The translations under genes were made by a program, and so were the position numbers. DNA of 32,000 nucleotides from Edaphobacter aggregans. Its GTDB lineage: Bacteria > Acidobacteriota > Terriglobia > Terriglobales > Acidobacteriaceae. The stretch lies in assembly GCF_003945235.1 (NCBI RefSeq), contig NZ_RSDW01000001.1, positions 3,570,001 to 3,602,000 of the forward strand, given 5' to 3'. The number at the start of each line of letters is the position of its first letter. Positions within the stretch are counted from its first letter, which is position 1. The notes under the pieces are model-generated. The model did not search any database. It saw only the letters and a program-made list of their open reading frames with translations, and was not told the DNA's origin. Of the stretch, positions 18,283 to 28,436 are shown piece by piece.

Positions 18283-20115
18283 GTGAGCACCTCAACCGCA
18301 GTTGCCGTTAAGCCCATCTTCAACATCGCCATCATTGCGCACGTCGACCATGGCAAGACCACCCTCGTCGACGCCATGCTGCGCCAGAGCGGCACCTTCC
18401 GCTCCAACGAGGCCGTCACCGATCGCGTCATGGACTCCAACGATCTTGAAAAAGAGCGCGGCATCACCATCCTTGCCAAGAACACCGCCCTCTACTACCA
18501 CGACAACAAGATCAACATCGTCGACACCCCCGGCCACGCCGACTTCGGCGGCGAAGTTGAGCGCGCCCTCAAGATGGTCGACGGCGTAGTCCTCCTCGTC
18601 GACGCCTCCGAAGGCCCCCTCCCCCAGACCCGCTACGTCCTCTCCAAGGCCCTCGAAGCTGGGCTGACCCCCATGGTCGTCATCAACAAGATCGACCGCC
18701 CCGACGCCCGTCCCCAGGAAGTCCTCAACGAGGTATACGACCTCTTCATCGACCTCGACGCCGACGAGTCCGTCCTCGACTTCCCCGTTCTCTACACCAA
18801 CGGCAAGCTAGGCACCGCGACCACCGATCCCGCGACACCCGGCACCGATCTTCAGCCCCTCTTCGAGCAGATCATCACCACCATCCCTGCCGCCAAGGGC
18901 GAGCCCGAAGGCGCAGTGCAGATCCTCGTCACCAACCTCGACTACTCCGACTACCTTGGCCGTCTCGCCATCGGTCGCGTCTTCAACGGCACCATGCGCA
19001 CTGGCCAGGAGTACAACGTAGCCAAGATCGACGGCACCTTCACCAAGCACAAGATCACCAAGCTCTTCAGCTTCTCCGGCCTCAAGCGCACCGACATCGA
19101 AGAAACCCAGATCGGCGACATCGTCGCCATCGCCGGCATCCCCGGCGTCACCATCGGCGAAAGCTTCTGCGACGTAGAAAATCCGCAGCCCCTCCCGCCC
19201 ATCGTCATCGACGATCCCACTATTGCTATCCAGTTCAACGTCAACAACTCGCCCTTCGCCGGCCGCGAAGGCAAGTTCGTCACCTCGCGCAACCTGCGCG
19301 ACCGCCTCGACAAAGAACTTCTCACCAACGTCTCCCTCAAGATGGAAGAGACCGGATCGCCCGATTCCTTCAAGGTCCTCGGCCGCGGCGAACTCCAGCT
19401 CGGCATCCTCATCGAAATGATGCGCCGCGAAGGCTTCGAACTCATGGTCAGCCGTCCCGAGATCGTCACCAAGCGCGTCGAAGGCGAGCTCATGGAGCCA
19501 GTCGAACACCTCTTCATCGACGTCCCTGAATCCTTCGTCGGCACCGTCATCGAGCGCCTCGGACCCAGAAAAGGTGAGATGACCAAGATGACCAACCACG
19601 GCTCCGGCCGCGTCCGCATGGAGTTCCGCGTACCCTCCCGCGGTCTCATCGGCCTCCGGTCTGAAATGCTGACGGAAACCCGCGGCACTATCATCATGAA
19701 CTCCATCGTCGACGGCTACGCCCCCTACCAGGGCGAAATCCCGCAGCGTCTCTCCGGAGCCCTCATCTCCGACCGCCAGGGCACCACCACCGCCTACGCG
19801 CTCGAAGGCCTGCAGGATCGCGGCGTCCTCTTCGTCTCGGATGGCGTTGAAGTCTACGAGGGCATGGTCGTCGGCGAGCACAGCCGCGACAACGACCTCG
19901 ACGTAAACTGCGTCCGCGAGAAGAAGCTCTCCAACATGCGCGCCTCCGGCTCCGACGACGCAGTCCGCCTCGTCCCCTACAAGCAGCAAACCCTCGAGCA
20001 GTGCATCGAGTTCATCGCCGACGACGAACTCGTAGAGGTGACTCCCAAGTCCCTGCGCATCCGCAAGAAGGTCCTGCAAGCCAACCGCCGCCCCCGCAAG
20101 GGCCAAAGCGAATAA
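18283..20115 (+). CDS. typA: Translational GTPase TypA/BipA
   Basis: 610 aa with a GTG start. G1 [10 protein letters not shown]3 [15 protein letters not shown]4 NKIDR, and EF-G-like domains throughout. Confidence 0.95.
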   Translation: MSTSTAVAVKPIFNIAIIAHVDHGKTTLVDAMLRQSGTFRSNEAVTDRVMDSNDLEKERGITILAKNTALYYHDNKINIVDTPGHADFGGEVERALKMVDGVVLLVDASEGPLPQTRYVLSKALEAGLTPMVVINKIDRPDARPQEVLNEVYDLFIDLDADESVLDFPVLYTNGKLGTATTDPATPGTDLQPLFEQIITTIPAAKGEPEGAVQILVTNLDYSDYLGRLAIGRVFNGTMRTGQEYNVAKIDGTFTKHKITKLFSFSGLKRTDIEETQIGDIVAIAGIPGVTIGESFCDVENPQPLPPIVIDDPTIAIQFNVNNSPFAGREGKFVTSRNLRDRLDKELLTNVSLKMEETGSPDSFKVLGRGELQLGILIEMMRREGFELMVSRPEIVTKRVEGELMEPVEHLFIDVPESFVGTVIERLGPRKGEMTKMTNHGSGRVRMEFRVPSRGLIGLRSEMLTETRGTIIMNSIVDGYAPYQGEIPQRLSGALISDRQGTTTAYALEGLQDRGVLFVSDGVEVYEGMVVGEHSRDNDLDVNCVREKKLSNMRASGSDDAVRLVPYKQQTLEQCIEFIADDELVEVTPKSLRIRKKVLQANRRPRKGQSE

Positions 20116-20137
20116 CCCTCTCCAATCGCTAATAAGA

Positions 20138-20169
20138 AACGGCTGGAACGATTCAATGTTCCAGCCGTT
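20138..20169 (+). terminator. Intrinsic terminator after typA
   Basis: 12-bp perfect stem AACGGCTGGAAC/GTTCCAGCCGTT with an 8-nt loop, followed by CCATTTTG. Confidence 0.7.
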
Positions 20170-20173
20170 CCAT

Positions 20174-20291
20174 TTTGTAGTTGTAGTTGCCCTTGCCGTT
20201 GCTGTTGCCTGTTCTTTTGGTTGTCATCTCGTAGGGATCTGCTTCTGTCTTTGTCGTTTCAGTTGTCGTTGTCTTTGCCGTTGCCCTTACC
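20174..20291 (+). repeat. A-poor, hexamer-periodic T/G/C tract: TTTGTA GTTGTA GTTGCC CTTGCC GTTGCT GTTGCC (20174-20209) and GTTGTC GTTGTC TTTGCC GTTGCC CTTACC (20262-20291)
   Basis: Read directly from the sequence. Only 8 A residues occur in 20174-20300. The two hexamer blocks are imperfect copies of each other. Confidence 0.6.
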
Positions 20292-20303
20292 CCTGGTTAC
20301 CCC

Positions 20304-20359
20304 AAGGCTTCAGCCTTAGGTCTCTCAGACAGCCACGAAAAGAAGGGGCTTCAGCCCCT
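20304..20359. repeat. Two related short hairpins sharing a GCTTCAGC centre: AAGGC-TTCA-GCCTT (20304-20317) and AGGGGC-TTCA-GCCCCT (20344-20359)
   Basis: Read directly from the sequence. They lie between the hexamer tract and the carboxylesterase start. Confidence 0.5.
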
Positions 20360-20418
20360 GGAGTATGCTCTCCTTCCCCCGCCACAAATCCTCAGGCACA
20401 GTTGCATCTCCTCCCACA

Positions 20419-22038
20419 ATGCCTGATCGTTATCGCATGACTCTCACCCGCCGCAAGATGCTGCAACTCTCCACCCTCGCAGCCATCTCTCCCCGCGTAC
20501 TGAAAGCCGAAACTGCCCCCATCGCCACCACAACCTCCGGCAAAGTCCGAGGCTTCATCGACAACGGCGTCAAAGTCTTCAAAGGCATCCCCTACGGCGA
20601 AGACACCTCCAAAACCCGCTTCCAACCTCCCGTCAAACCCCAGCCATGGCAAGGAGTCCGCGACACCATCGCCTTCGGCCCGCAAGCCCCGCAACCCATC
20701 CACGCCCGCAGCGGCCGCTCGGCCTTCTCACCCCTAGACGAAGAAACCCCCGTCAACAGCGAAGACTGCCTCCACCTCAACGTCTGGACCCGAGCCCTCC
20801 GCGACGGCAAAAAGCGTCCCGTCCTCGTCTACATCCACGGCGGAGCCTACTCCTCCAGCAGCAGCAACGGTCCGGTCTACAACGGCGTCAACCTCGTCAA
20901 CCGCGGAGACGTCGTAGTCGTCACCCTCAACCACCGCCTCAACCTCTTCGGCTACCTCTACCTCGCCGCCCTCGGCGGACGCGACTTCGCCGACAGCGGC
21001 AACGTCGGCCAACTCGATCTCGTCCTCGCCCTCCAGTGGGTACGCGACAACATCGCCGAATTCGGCGGCGACCCCACCCGCGTCCTCATCTTCGGCCAGT
21101 CCGGCGGCGGAGCCAAGTGCGCCACCCTCATGTCCATGCCCGCCGCCCACGGCCTCTTCCACCGCGTCATGACCATGAGTGGCCAGCAGCTAACCGCCAC
21201 TACACCAGAGCACGCCACCGAAACCGCCAAGGCAGTCCTTGCCGCCCTCGGGCTTACGCAGGCAAACCTCGACGACATCCGCGACCCCGCCAAAGTCCCG
21301 ATGGAGAAACTAGTAGCCGCCATCCGAGCCGGAAAATACTTCGGCCCAGTCCACGACGGCCGCTCCCTCCCCAGCGATCCCTTCTCCCCCGAAGCCCCCG
21401 CGATCTCCGCCAGCATTCCCATAATCCTCGGCAACACCCACGACGAAACGCGCCTCCTCATCGGAAGCTCCAATCCCGCGCTCTTCTCGCTCACCTGGGA
21501 CGAGCTCCCCGCAAAGCTCGAGCAATATCGTCAGTTCCTCGGCACCCTCAAGACCCAGGACATTATCGCTGACTATCGCGAGTGGCACCCCTCCTACACT
21601 CCCAGCGAGGTCTTCTTCGCCGTCACCACCGCCTTCCGCAGCTGGCACGGCATGGTCATCGAGAGCGAACGCAGAGCGCAGCAGCACGGCCCAACCTGGA
21701 CCTATAACTTCGCCTGGAGATCACCCGTGGACGGCGGCAAATGGAGAGCCCCGCACACCATGGACATCCCCTTCATGTTCGACAACATAGACATCGCAGT
21801 CCCCATGACCGCCGGGGACCCGGAAACCAAAAAGCTCGCAGCCCAGATGAGCAACACTCTCATCGCCTTCGCCCGCGCCGGCGATCCGAACAACCCCTCC
21901 ATTCCAAACTGGCCCCGCTACAATCTCGAAACCCGGCCCACCATGATCTGGGACATCCCCCCTGTCATCGAGAACGACCCCCGAGGCAAAGAGCGCAAGC
22001 TCATCGCCCAGGTCCCCTACCTCCAACCCGGAACCTGA
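20419..22038 (+). CDS. Type-B carboxylesterase/lipase family protein with Tat-like signal
   Basis: GKVRGF..FKGIPYG, EDCLHLNVW, and nucleophile elbow FGQSGGG. The N-terminus contains TRRKMLQLSTLAAI. The start is ambiguous (ATG 20365, 20419 or 20437) and none has a clear SD. Confidence 0.85.
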   Translation: MPDRYRMTLTRRKMLQLSTLAAISPRVLKAETAPIATTTSGKVRGFIDNGVKVFKGIPYGEDTSKTRFQPPVKPQPWQGVRDTIAFGPQAPQPIHARSGRSAFSPLDEETPVNSEDCLHLNVWTRALRDGKKRPVLVYIHGGAYSSSSSNGPVYNGVNLVNRGDVVVVTLNHRLNLFGYLYLAALGGRDFADSGNVGQLDLVLALQWVRDNIAEFGGDPTRVLIFGQSGGGAKCATLMSMPAAHGLFHRVMTMSGQQLTATTPEHATETAKAVLAALGLTQANLDDIRDPAKVPMEKLVAAIRAGKYFGPVHDGRSLPSDPFSPEAPAISASIPIILGNTHDETRLLIGSSNPALFSLTWDELPAKLEQYRQFLGTLKTQDIIADYREWHPSYTPSEVFFAVTTAFRSWHGMVIESERRAQQHGPTWTYNFAWRSPVDGGKWRAPHTMDIPFMFDNIDIAVPMTAGDPETKKLAAQMSNTLIAFARAGDPNNPSIPNWPRYNLETRPTMIWDIPPVIENDPRGKERKLIAQVPYLQPGT

Positions 22039-22230
22039 CTTCGAAGCGGTCCATCTTTTCCACAGAAATCTTTCAAAAATGTGGCCTCCTTTCAGCGCCT
22101 GAAAAGTGGCATCCCGCTTACCATCCTTGCCAGCCTTTTCACCGCTAAGAAACCACAAAAAACCACGCACAACGCACCGTTTTTCTCAAAATCCCCCGGA
22201 AAAACCAGCATTTCGCAGTTTTAAAAAATT

Positions 22231-22260
22231 ACGGGCCCTCCCGCCAAAGAGAGAGCCCGT
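22231..22260 (-). terminator. Intrinsic terminator after sodA
   Basis: On the minus-strand RNA, ACGGGCUCUCUC pairs with GGGAGGGCCCGU (12 bp including 2 G-U pairs, 6-nt loop), followed by AATTTTTTAAAA. Confidence 0.6.
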
Positions 22261-22275
22261 TTTCGATCCAAATCA

Positions 22276-22887
22276 CTACTTCTGAGCAGTAGCAAACCGC
22301 TTATTCACTTCATCCCAGTTCACAACATTCCACCACGCCGCAAGATAATCCGGCCGTTTGTTCTGATACTTCAGATAGTAGGCATGCTCCCAAACATCGT
22401 TGCCCAGAATCGGATAAAGCCCCTGCGACAGCGGATTATCCTGATTCGCCGTAGTCACAACCTTCAGCTTGCCGCCATCGAACACCAGCCAGCCCCAGCC
22501 CGATCCAAACTGCTTGGCTGTCGTCTCATTGAACAGCTTCTTGAAGTCCTCAAACGACCCAAAATCCTTCGTGATCTGATCACCAATCGCGCCCGTCGGA
22601 GCGCCGCCGCCATTCGGCTTCATGATCTGCCAGAACATCGTATGGTTGACGTGACCGCCGCCATTATTCTGAACAACCTTGCGCACGTCCTCAGGAATGC
22701 TGGCCAAATCCTTAATCAACTCCTCAGGAGACTTACTCCCGATCTCAGGATGCTTCTCAACCGCACCATTCAGGTTCGTCACGTAGGTCTGGTGATGCTT
22801 GTCATGGTGCAGCTTCATCGTCGCTTCGTCGATGGTGGGCTCAAGCGCCGCATAGTCATAGGGCAAAGGGGGTAGTTCGTAAGCCAC
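22276..22887 (-). CDS. sodA: Superoxide dismutase, Mn-type
   Basis: [32 protein letters not shown] (Mn-type GGGH rather than Fe-type AAQ), [19 protein letters not shown] start with AGGAGA upstream. Confidence 0.9.
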   Translation of the reverse strand: MAYELPPLPYDYAALEPTIDEATMKLHHDKHHQTYVTNLNGAVEKHPEIGSKSPEELIKDLASIPEDVRKVVQNNGGGHVNHTMFWQIMKPNGGGAPTGAIGDQITKDFGSFEDFKKLFNETTAKQFGSGWGWLVFDGGKLKVVTTANQDNPLSQGLYPILGNDVWEHAYYLKYQNKRPDYLAAWWNVVNWDEVNKRFATAQK

Positions 22888-23097
22888 GGTGATCTCCTGT
22901 CGTCTTGCGTTTTCTCATTTTGCCGGCGCTGTCATCCACCGGCGTCAATAGGTTCTGATGCCATCCGTGCTCGCCGCGATGCAACAGCTTCAAGCCCGGT
23001 GCGGTCTTCGAAATCATAGCGCAACTGCAACATTCATCGCCTGTTCACGCCGACCGCATTCCCGTAATCCAACTTTTTGCGTTCTAATAGAAATCCA

Positions 23098-25539
23098 ATG
23101 AGCGATCCCACCCCTCTCTACCGCTGGCTCAAAGATGAGGGCCCAGCCTTTGGTGCACCTGGTCTCGCACCACGTTGGACCTCCAGCAGAAAAGACGCCG
23201 TCTCCACCTCCTACGCCGCCTCCAGCCGCGTCTGGTTTACCGTCTCTCACGGCATCCTCAACGAGATCTACTACCCCACCATCGATCGCCCCCAAACCCG
23301 CGACATGGAGCTCCTCTTCTCCGACGCCGAAACCTTCTGCCGCGAAGAAAAACGCGACCTCGACTACGACTTCGACTACATCGACTCCGACGCGCTCGCC
23401 ATCCGCGTCACCGCCACCGACCCCGACGGACGTTACGTCATCACAAAGGAGTTCATCACCGACCCCCACCACCCCGTCGTCCTGATGAACGTCAAGATCA
23501 CTGGCGACGAGACGCTGCTCTCTCGTCTCAAGTGTTACGCGCTCCTCGCCCCGCACCTCAACGGAGGCGGTGCCGGCAACTCCGCCCGCTCTATCGACGT
23601 CGCCGGCAAACGCTGCCTTGCCGCCTGGAAGGGCAACACCTCGCTGGCCTTCGGAGCCGACTGTGGATTCACCCGCTCCTCCTGCGGCTACGTTGGCACA
23701 AGCGACGGCTTTCAGAATCTCTGTCGCGACAAGGAGATGACCTGGCAGTTCGGCGAAGCGCTCGACGGCAACATCGCCATCATGGGCGAGATCGACATCG
23801 CCCGTCACCGCGAGTTCACCATCGCAATTGCATTCGGTGACGGCCACCACGCCGCCGTCGCTCAGATGATGCAGAGCCTCGCCACTCCATTCGATATCCA
23901 TCGCAGCCGCTTCCTCGTTCAGTGGGGCCGCGCCGCCTCGCCCGAGCGCCTCACCCCCGCTTCCACCGACGGCGGCGCCCTCATGCGCATCAGCCACAAC
24001 GTCCTCCTCACCCACGAGGACAAGACCTACTCCGGAGCCTTCATCGCCTCCGCCTCCATCCCCTGGGGAGCTTCCAAAGGCGACTCCGACCTCGGCGGCT
24101 ACCATCTCGTCTGGACTCGCGACATGGTCCAGACCGCCACCGCCCTCCTCGCCTGCAACCGAACCGACACCGCCCTCCGCGCCCTCGTCTACCTCGCCTG
24201 CACCCAGCGCCCCGACGGCAGCTTCGCCCAGAACTTCTGGATCGACGGAACTCCTTACTGGACCGGCATTCAGCTCGATGAAGTAGCTTTCCCCATCATG
24301 CTCGCGTGGCGACTCTCCAAAATGGACGCTCTCGGCAACTTCGACGTCGTCCCCTTCGTCGTACGCGCCGCAGCCTTCCTCGTCCAGTACGCTCCCATCA
24401 CCCAGCAGGAGCGTTGGGAGGAGACTCCCGGCTACTCCCCTTCCACTCTCGCCGCCGTCATCGCAGGCCTCATCTGCGCTGCTGATATCGCTCGCACGAA
24501 CCAATCCACCGAACTCGCAGCCTTCCTCGAAACCTACGCCGACTGGATCGAATCCCACCTCGATGAGTGGACCACCACCACCGAAGGCGTCCTTCACCCT
24601 GACGTGAAGTACCACTACATGCGCATCCGTCCGCCCGCCCCCGGCGAACCCTTCTACAACGAGCAGGCAGGGCCGGGCATCATCCGTATCGCCAACCGCG
24701 AGCCCGGCGAGCAGTTCGACTTCGAAGCCCGCCAGATCATCGACGCCGGCTTCCTTGAGCTCGTCCGCTACGGCATCCGTCGCGCCGACGACCCGCTCAT
24801 CATCGATTCCCTCAAGGTCGTCGACCACGTCCTCAAAATCGAGACTCCCTTCGGCACCTGCTGGCGCCGATACAACCACGACGGTTACGGCCAGAAGAAA
24901 GACGGGGGCCCCTACGACGGTTGGGGACAAGGCCGCGCCTGGCCACTTCTCACCGGCGAACGCGGCCACTACGAGCTCACCGCCGGCAACGACTGCACAC
25001 CCCACATCGCTGCCATGGAACGGTTCAGCTCCATCGGAGGCATGCTCCCCGAACAGATCTGGGATCAGGCGGATATGCCCGCCGAGCGTCTGTTCCTCGG
25101 CCGTTCCGCTGGTTCCGCCCAACCCCTGGTCTGGGCCCACTCTGAGTACCTCAAGCTCCTCCGCTCCACTGTCGACGGCCGCGTCTACGAGCGCATCTCT
25201 ATCGTCGAGCAGCGCTACGCCGTCCCACTCGACAAACGCACCTTCAAAAATCACGTCGAAATCTTCAAACTCCGCCGCCCCCTCACCGACATCGCCTTCG
25301 GCCACACCCTTCGCATCCTCCACACCGACCGTTTCCGGGTCGTCTATTCGCTCGACAACTGGGCCACTGTTCTCAATCAGGACTCCCACTTCGTCGGCTA
25401 TTCGGGCTACTTCGCCGACATACCCATAACCGGCCCCAACACCGGCACCATCATCTTCACTCTCTGCTGGTCCGACGAAGGCCAACCCGACCGCTGGCTC
25501 GGCAGAAATATCGAAGTCATCATCGTCCCCAAGTCTTAG
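23098..25539 (+). CDS. Glycoside hydrolase family 15 (glucoamylase/glucodextranase-like), no signal peptide
   Basis: N-terminal beta-sandwich region (ILNEIYYPTIDRPQTRD) and catalytic (alpha/alpha)6 motifs YHLVWTRD and QQERWEE. An extra C-terminal region of about 120 aa follows. Start placed at ATG 23098 rather than the track's TTG 23077. Confidence 0.85.
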   Translation: MSDPTPLYRWLKDEGPAFGAPGLAPRWTSSRKDAVSTSYAASSRVWFTVSHGILNEIYYPTIDRPQTRDMELLFSDAETFCREEKRDLDYDFDYIDSDALAIRVTATDPDGRYVITKEFITDPHHPVVLMNVKITGDETLLSRLKCYALLAPHLNGGGAGNSARSIDVAGKRCLAAWKGNTSLAFGADCGFTRSSCGYVGTSDGFQNLCRDKEMTWQFGEALDGNIAIMGEIDIARHREFTIAIAFGDGHHAAVAQMMQSLATPFDIHRSRFLVQWGRAASPERLTPASTDGGALMRISHNVLLTHEDKTYSGAFIASASIPWGASKGDSDLGGYHLVWTRDMVQTATALLACNRTDTALRALVYLACTQRPDGSFAQNFWIDGTPYWTGIQLDEVAFPIMLAWRLSKMDALGNFDVVPFVVRAAAFLVQYAPITQQERWEETPGYSPSTLAAVIAGLICAADIARTNQSTELAAFLETYADWIESHLDEWTTTTEGVLHPDVKYHYMRIRPPAPGEPFYNEQAGPGIIRIANREPGEQFDFEARQIIDAGFLELVRYGIRRADDPLIIDSLKVVDHVLKIETPFGTCWRRYNHDGYGQKKDGGPYDGWGQGRAWPLLTGERGHYELTAGNDCTPHIAAMERFSSIGGMLPEQIWDQADMPAERLFLGRSAGSAQPLVWAHSEYLKLLRSTVDGRVYERISIVEQRYAVPLDKRTFKNHVEIFKLRRPLTDIAFGHTLRILHTDRFRVVYSLDNWATVLNQDSHFVGYSGYFADIPITGPNTGTIIFTLCWSDEGQPDRWLGRNIEVIIVPKS

Positions 25540-25659
25540 CCCCTGACACCCGCAGAGATGCACGCATCCCCGTATCGCCTGTACACTGTCATGGATAGGC
25601 CCAAATTACATAAAACCAGTGTCGTAGCCATAGCGCTGCGTCCGTAACAAAGGAAAAGA

Positions 25660-27654
25660 ATGAGCGATCAGCAGCAGAACGATCTCGACCAGCTTTCAAT
25701 CAACGCCCTCCGTTTCCTCGCCGTCGACGCCGTTCAAAAAGCCAACTCCGGGCACCCCGGCGCCCCCCTCGGATGCGCACCCATCGCCTACCTGCTCTAT
25801 CACAAGTTCATGCAGCACGATCCCGCCGACCCCAAGTGGATCAACCGTGACCGCTTCATCCTCTCCAACGGCCACGCCTCGGCCCTCCTCTACGGCGCGC
25901 TTCACCTCTCCGGCTATAACCTGCCCATGTCTCAGCTGGAGCAGTTCCGCCAGTGGGGCTCCCACACCCCCGGCCACCCCGAGTACGGCGAGGCCCCGGG
26001 CGTTGAAGTCACCACCGGCCCCCTTGGCCAGGGCTTCGGCATGGCGGTAGGCATCGCGACAGCAGAAAAGCACCTCGCCGCCGTCTACAACCGCGACCAC
26101 TTCAACATCGTCGACCACTACACCTACGTCCTCTGCGGCGACGGCGACCTGATGGAAGGCATCTCGCACGAAACCGGTTCCCTCGCCGGAACACTCGGTC
26201 TCGGCAAGCTCATCGTCCTCTACGACGACAACCTCATCTCACTCGACGGCCCCACCGAGCTCTCCTACACCGAAGATGTCACGGAGCGCTTCCATGCCTA
26301 CCACTGGCAGGTTCTCTCCGTAGAAGACGGCAACGACCTCGTCGCCCTCGAAAAGGCCATCCTCGAAGCCAAGGCCGAGACCACCAAGCCCACTCTCATC
26401 CGTGTCCGCACCGTCATCGGCTTCGGAAGCCCTAAGGCCGGCACCAGCAAGGTCCACGGCGAAGCCCTCGGTGTCGAAGCCGTTAAGGCCACCAAGAAGA
26501 ACCTCGGCTGGCCCGAAGACAAGACCTTCTACGTCCCCGAAGAGGCCCGCGCCAACTGGGACACCATCAAGCCCCGCGGCGAGCTCGCCCATAACGCCTG
26601 GCACGAGAAGTTCGAGGAATACAAGAAGGCCTATCCCGAACCAGCATCTCAGTTCGAGCGCAGCGTCAAAGCCGAGCTCGAAGCAGGATGGGAGAAGAAG
26701 ATCCCGGTCTTTCCGACCGACAAGCCCGTTGCCACCCGCAACGCAGGCCAGGTCGTCATGAACGCTATCGCCGGTGTCGTCCCCGAGCTCTTCGGTGGTG
26801 CAGCCGACCTCACCGCTTCCACCAAGACCATTTTCAAGGATTCGCCCAGCTTCCACGTCGATCCCAAGGGCCGCAACGTCTTCTTCGGCGTCCGCGAGTT
26901 CGGCATGTGCGCCATGGTCAATGGCATGGCAGCCCACGGCGGTCTTATCCCCTTCGGCTCGACGTTCTTCGTCTTCTCCGACTACTGCCGTTCGGCCATT
27001 CGCATGGCAGCGCTGATGAACGTCCACTCGCTCTTCATCTTCACCCACGACTCCGTCGGCCTCGGTGAAGACGGCCCCACCCACCAGCCCGTCGAGCATC
27101 TGACGAGCCTCCGCGCCATCCCGCACCTCACCGACTTCCGCCCCGCCGACGCCAACGAGACCGCCGCCTGCTGGCAGCTAGCCCTCGAGCGCAAGAGCGC
27201 CAGCTTCATGGCTCTCTCCCGGCAGGATCTGCCCGTCATCGACGCCGAGAAGTACAAGGTGCACGAAGGCACGAAGCACGGTGCCTACGCGCTCGACAAC
27301 TCCGGCAAGGACATCATCCTCATCGCCACCGGCTCCGAGGTTCCGCTGATCCTCAAGGCCGCCGAAGAGCTCAAGGCCGCAGGCATCGGCGCTTCGGTCG
27401 TCTCCATGCCCAGCACCAAAATCTTCGACGAGCAGACCGACGCCTACAAGGCCACCATCCTGCCCGAGAGCACGCCCAAGATCGCTATCGAAGCGGGCGC
27501 GACCCTCGGCTGGTACAAGTACATCGGTCACAACGGAGTCGTCATCGGTATCGATCGCTTCGGAGCCTCCGCCCCGGGCCCGATCGCTCTCGACAAGCTC
27601 GGCATCAACGTCGCGCACGTCGTGGAGCAGGCCAAGAAGCTGGTTAAAAAGTAA
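25660..27654 (+). CDS. tkt: Transketolase
   Basis: 664 aa. SGHPGAPLG, GDGDLMEGISHE, and THDSVGLGEDGPTHQPVEHL. Confidence 0.95.
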   Translation: MSDQQQNDLDQLSINALRFLAVDAVQKANSGHPGAPLGCAPIAYLLYHKFMQHDPADPKWINRDRFILSNGHASALLYGALHLSGYNLPMSQLEQFRQWGSHTPGHPEYGEAPGVEVTTGPLGQGFGMAVGIATAEKHLAAVYNRDHFNIVDHYTYVLCGDGDLMEGISHETGSLAGTLGLGKLIVLYDDNLISLDGPTELSYTEDVTERFHAYHWQVLSVEDGNDLVALEKAILEAKAETTKPTLIRVRTVIGFGSPKAGTSKVHGEALGVEAVKATKKNLGWPEDKTFYVPEEARANWDTIKPRGELAHNAWHEKFEEYKKAYPEPASQFERSVKAELEAGWEKKIPVFPTDKPVATRNAGQVVMNAIAGVVPELFGGAADLTASTKTIFKDSPSFHVDPKGRNVFFGVREFGMCAMVNGMAAHGGLIPFGSTFFVFSDYCRSAIRMAALMNVHSLFIFTHDSVGLGEDGPTHQPVEHLTSLRAIPHLTDFRPADANETAACWQLALERKSASFMALSRQDLPVIDAEKYKVHEGTKHGAYALDNSGKDIILIATGSEVPLILKAAEELKAAGIGASVVSMPSTKIFDEQTDAYKATILPESTPKIAIEAGATLGWYKYIGHNGVVIGIDRFGASAPGPIALDKLGINVAHVVEQAKKLVKK

Positions 27655-27681
27655 ACCCTCGGGAACGGTGACAGGAACGAC

Positions 27682-28359
27682 ATGACGCAGGACGAAGCAA
27701 AGCTAAAGGCAGCCCAGCGCGCTCTGGACTTTGTTCAGGACGGAATGTCGCTCGGCCTCGGCTCCGGCACAACTTCGGCCATCTTCATCAAGCAACTCGG
27801 CGAACGCGTCAAGCAAGGGCTGCGCGTCCAGGGTATCGCTACCTCGGACGCCAGCCAGCGGCTCGCCGAGTCGCTCTCTATCCCAATCACCACGTTCGAC
27901 CAGTGTCCGGAGCTAGACATCGCCATCGACGGTGCAGATGAGGTCGGCCCTGACCTGGCTCTCATCAAAGGTGGCGGCGGAGCGATGCTCCGGGAAAAGA
28001 TCGTCGCTGGCGCCGCCCACCGCTTCATCGTCATCGCCGATTCCAGCAAACTCGTCGACACCCTCGGCCGCTTCCCATTACCCGTCGAAGTCATCCAGAT
28101 GGCGCTACCCCTTGTCTCCCGAAAGCTCGAAGCGCTCGACCTCAACCCGAAGCTGCGCCATCATCCCGACGGCTCCCTCTACATCACCGACGAGGGCAAT
28201 TTCATTCTCGACTGTGCCTGTGGCTCCATCCCGGATCCCGCCTGGACGGCATCAGAGCTCCGCGGCATCGTCGGCGTCGTCGAACACGGGCTCTTCGTAA
28301 ACATGGCTTCCCTCGCGCTCATCGCCGGCGACGACGGTGTCCGCGAGGTGCTTCCATAA
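27682..28359 (+). CDS. rpiA: Ribose-5-phosphate isomerase A
   Basis: LGLGSGTTS, DGADEV, IKGGGGAMLREKI, and FPLPVEVI, colinear with E. coli RpiA as I recall it. Confidence 0.9.
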   Translation: MTQDEAKLKAAQRALDFVQDGMSLGLGSGTTSAIFIKQLGERVKQGLRVQGIATSDASQRLAESLSIPITTFDQCPELDIAIDGADEVGPDLALIKGGGGAMLREKIVAGAAHRFIVIADSSKLVDTLGRFPLPVEVIQMALPLVSRKLEALDLNPKLRHHPDGSLYITDEGNFILDCACGSIPDPAWTASELRGIVGVVEHGLFVNMASLALIAGDDGVREVLP

Positions 28360-28436
28360 TGCGCACCAAACCGCTTCAAACTAAGCTCCAACTGCGGGCC
28401 TTGCATCGTTAGCACCCCACTGAGCGTCCTATAACT

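Noticed and set aside
18808-20106. 432-aa minus-strand ORF opposite typA; similar cases at 28179..29198, 26239..27126, 31030..31743 and 10542..11270
   Set aside because: All are Gly/Ala/Asp/Glu/Val-rich antisense shadows of genes with unambiguous conserved motifs (TypA, SDR, Tkt, Zwf and DprE1-like).
20156-20440. 94-aa Cys/Val/Ala-rich ORF (..VVVVALAVAVACSFGCHLVGICFCLCRFSCRCLCRC..)
   Set aside because: Its start lies inside the typA terminator stem-loop and it has no SD. Its sequence is simply the hexamer-repeat tract read in frame, and it runs into the esterase gene out of frame. I treat it as a repeat element, not a CDS.
20646-21572. 308-aa same-strand, off-frame ORF inside the carboxylesterase gene
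   Set aside because: It is extremely Arg/Pro-rich (RRRxRP repeats). It is an alternative-frame artefact; the esterase frame carries the GQSGGG nucleophile elbow and other family blocks.
23014-25563. 849-aa stop-free ORF on the minus strand, slightly longer than the GH15 gene it overlaps
   Set aside because: It is exactly antisense to a gene with clear GH15 motifs. Its product is low-complexity Gly/Asp/Val/Ala/Glu (GNN codons), which is the mirror image of the sense strand's G/C-ending codons. It has no recognisable motif and no SD. This is a shadow ORF typical of GC-rich DNA.
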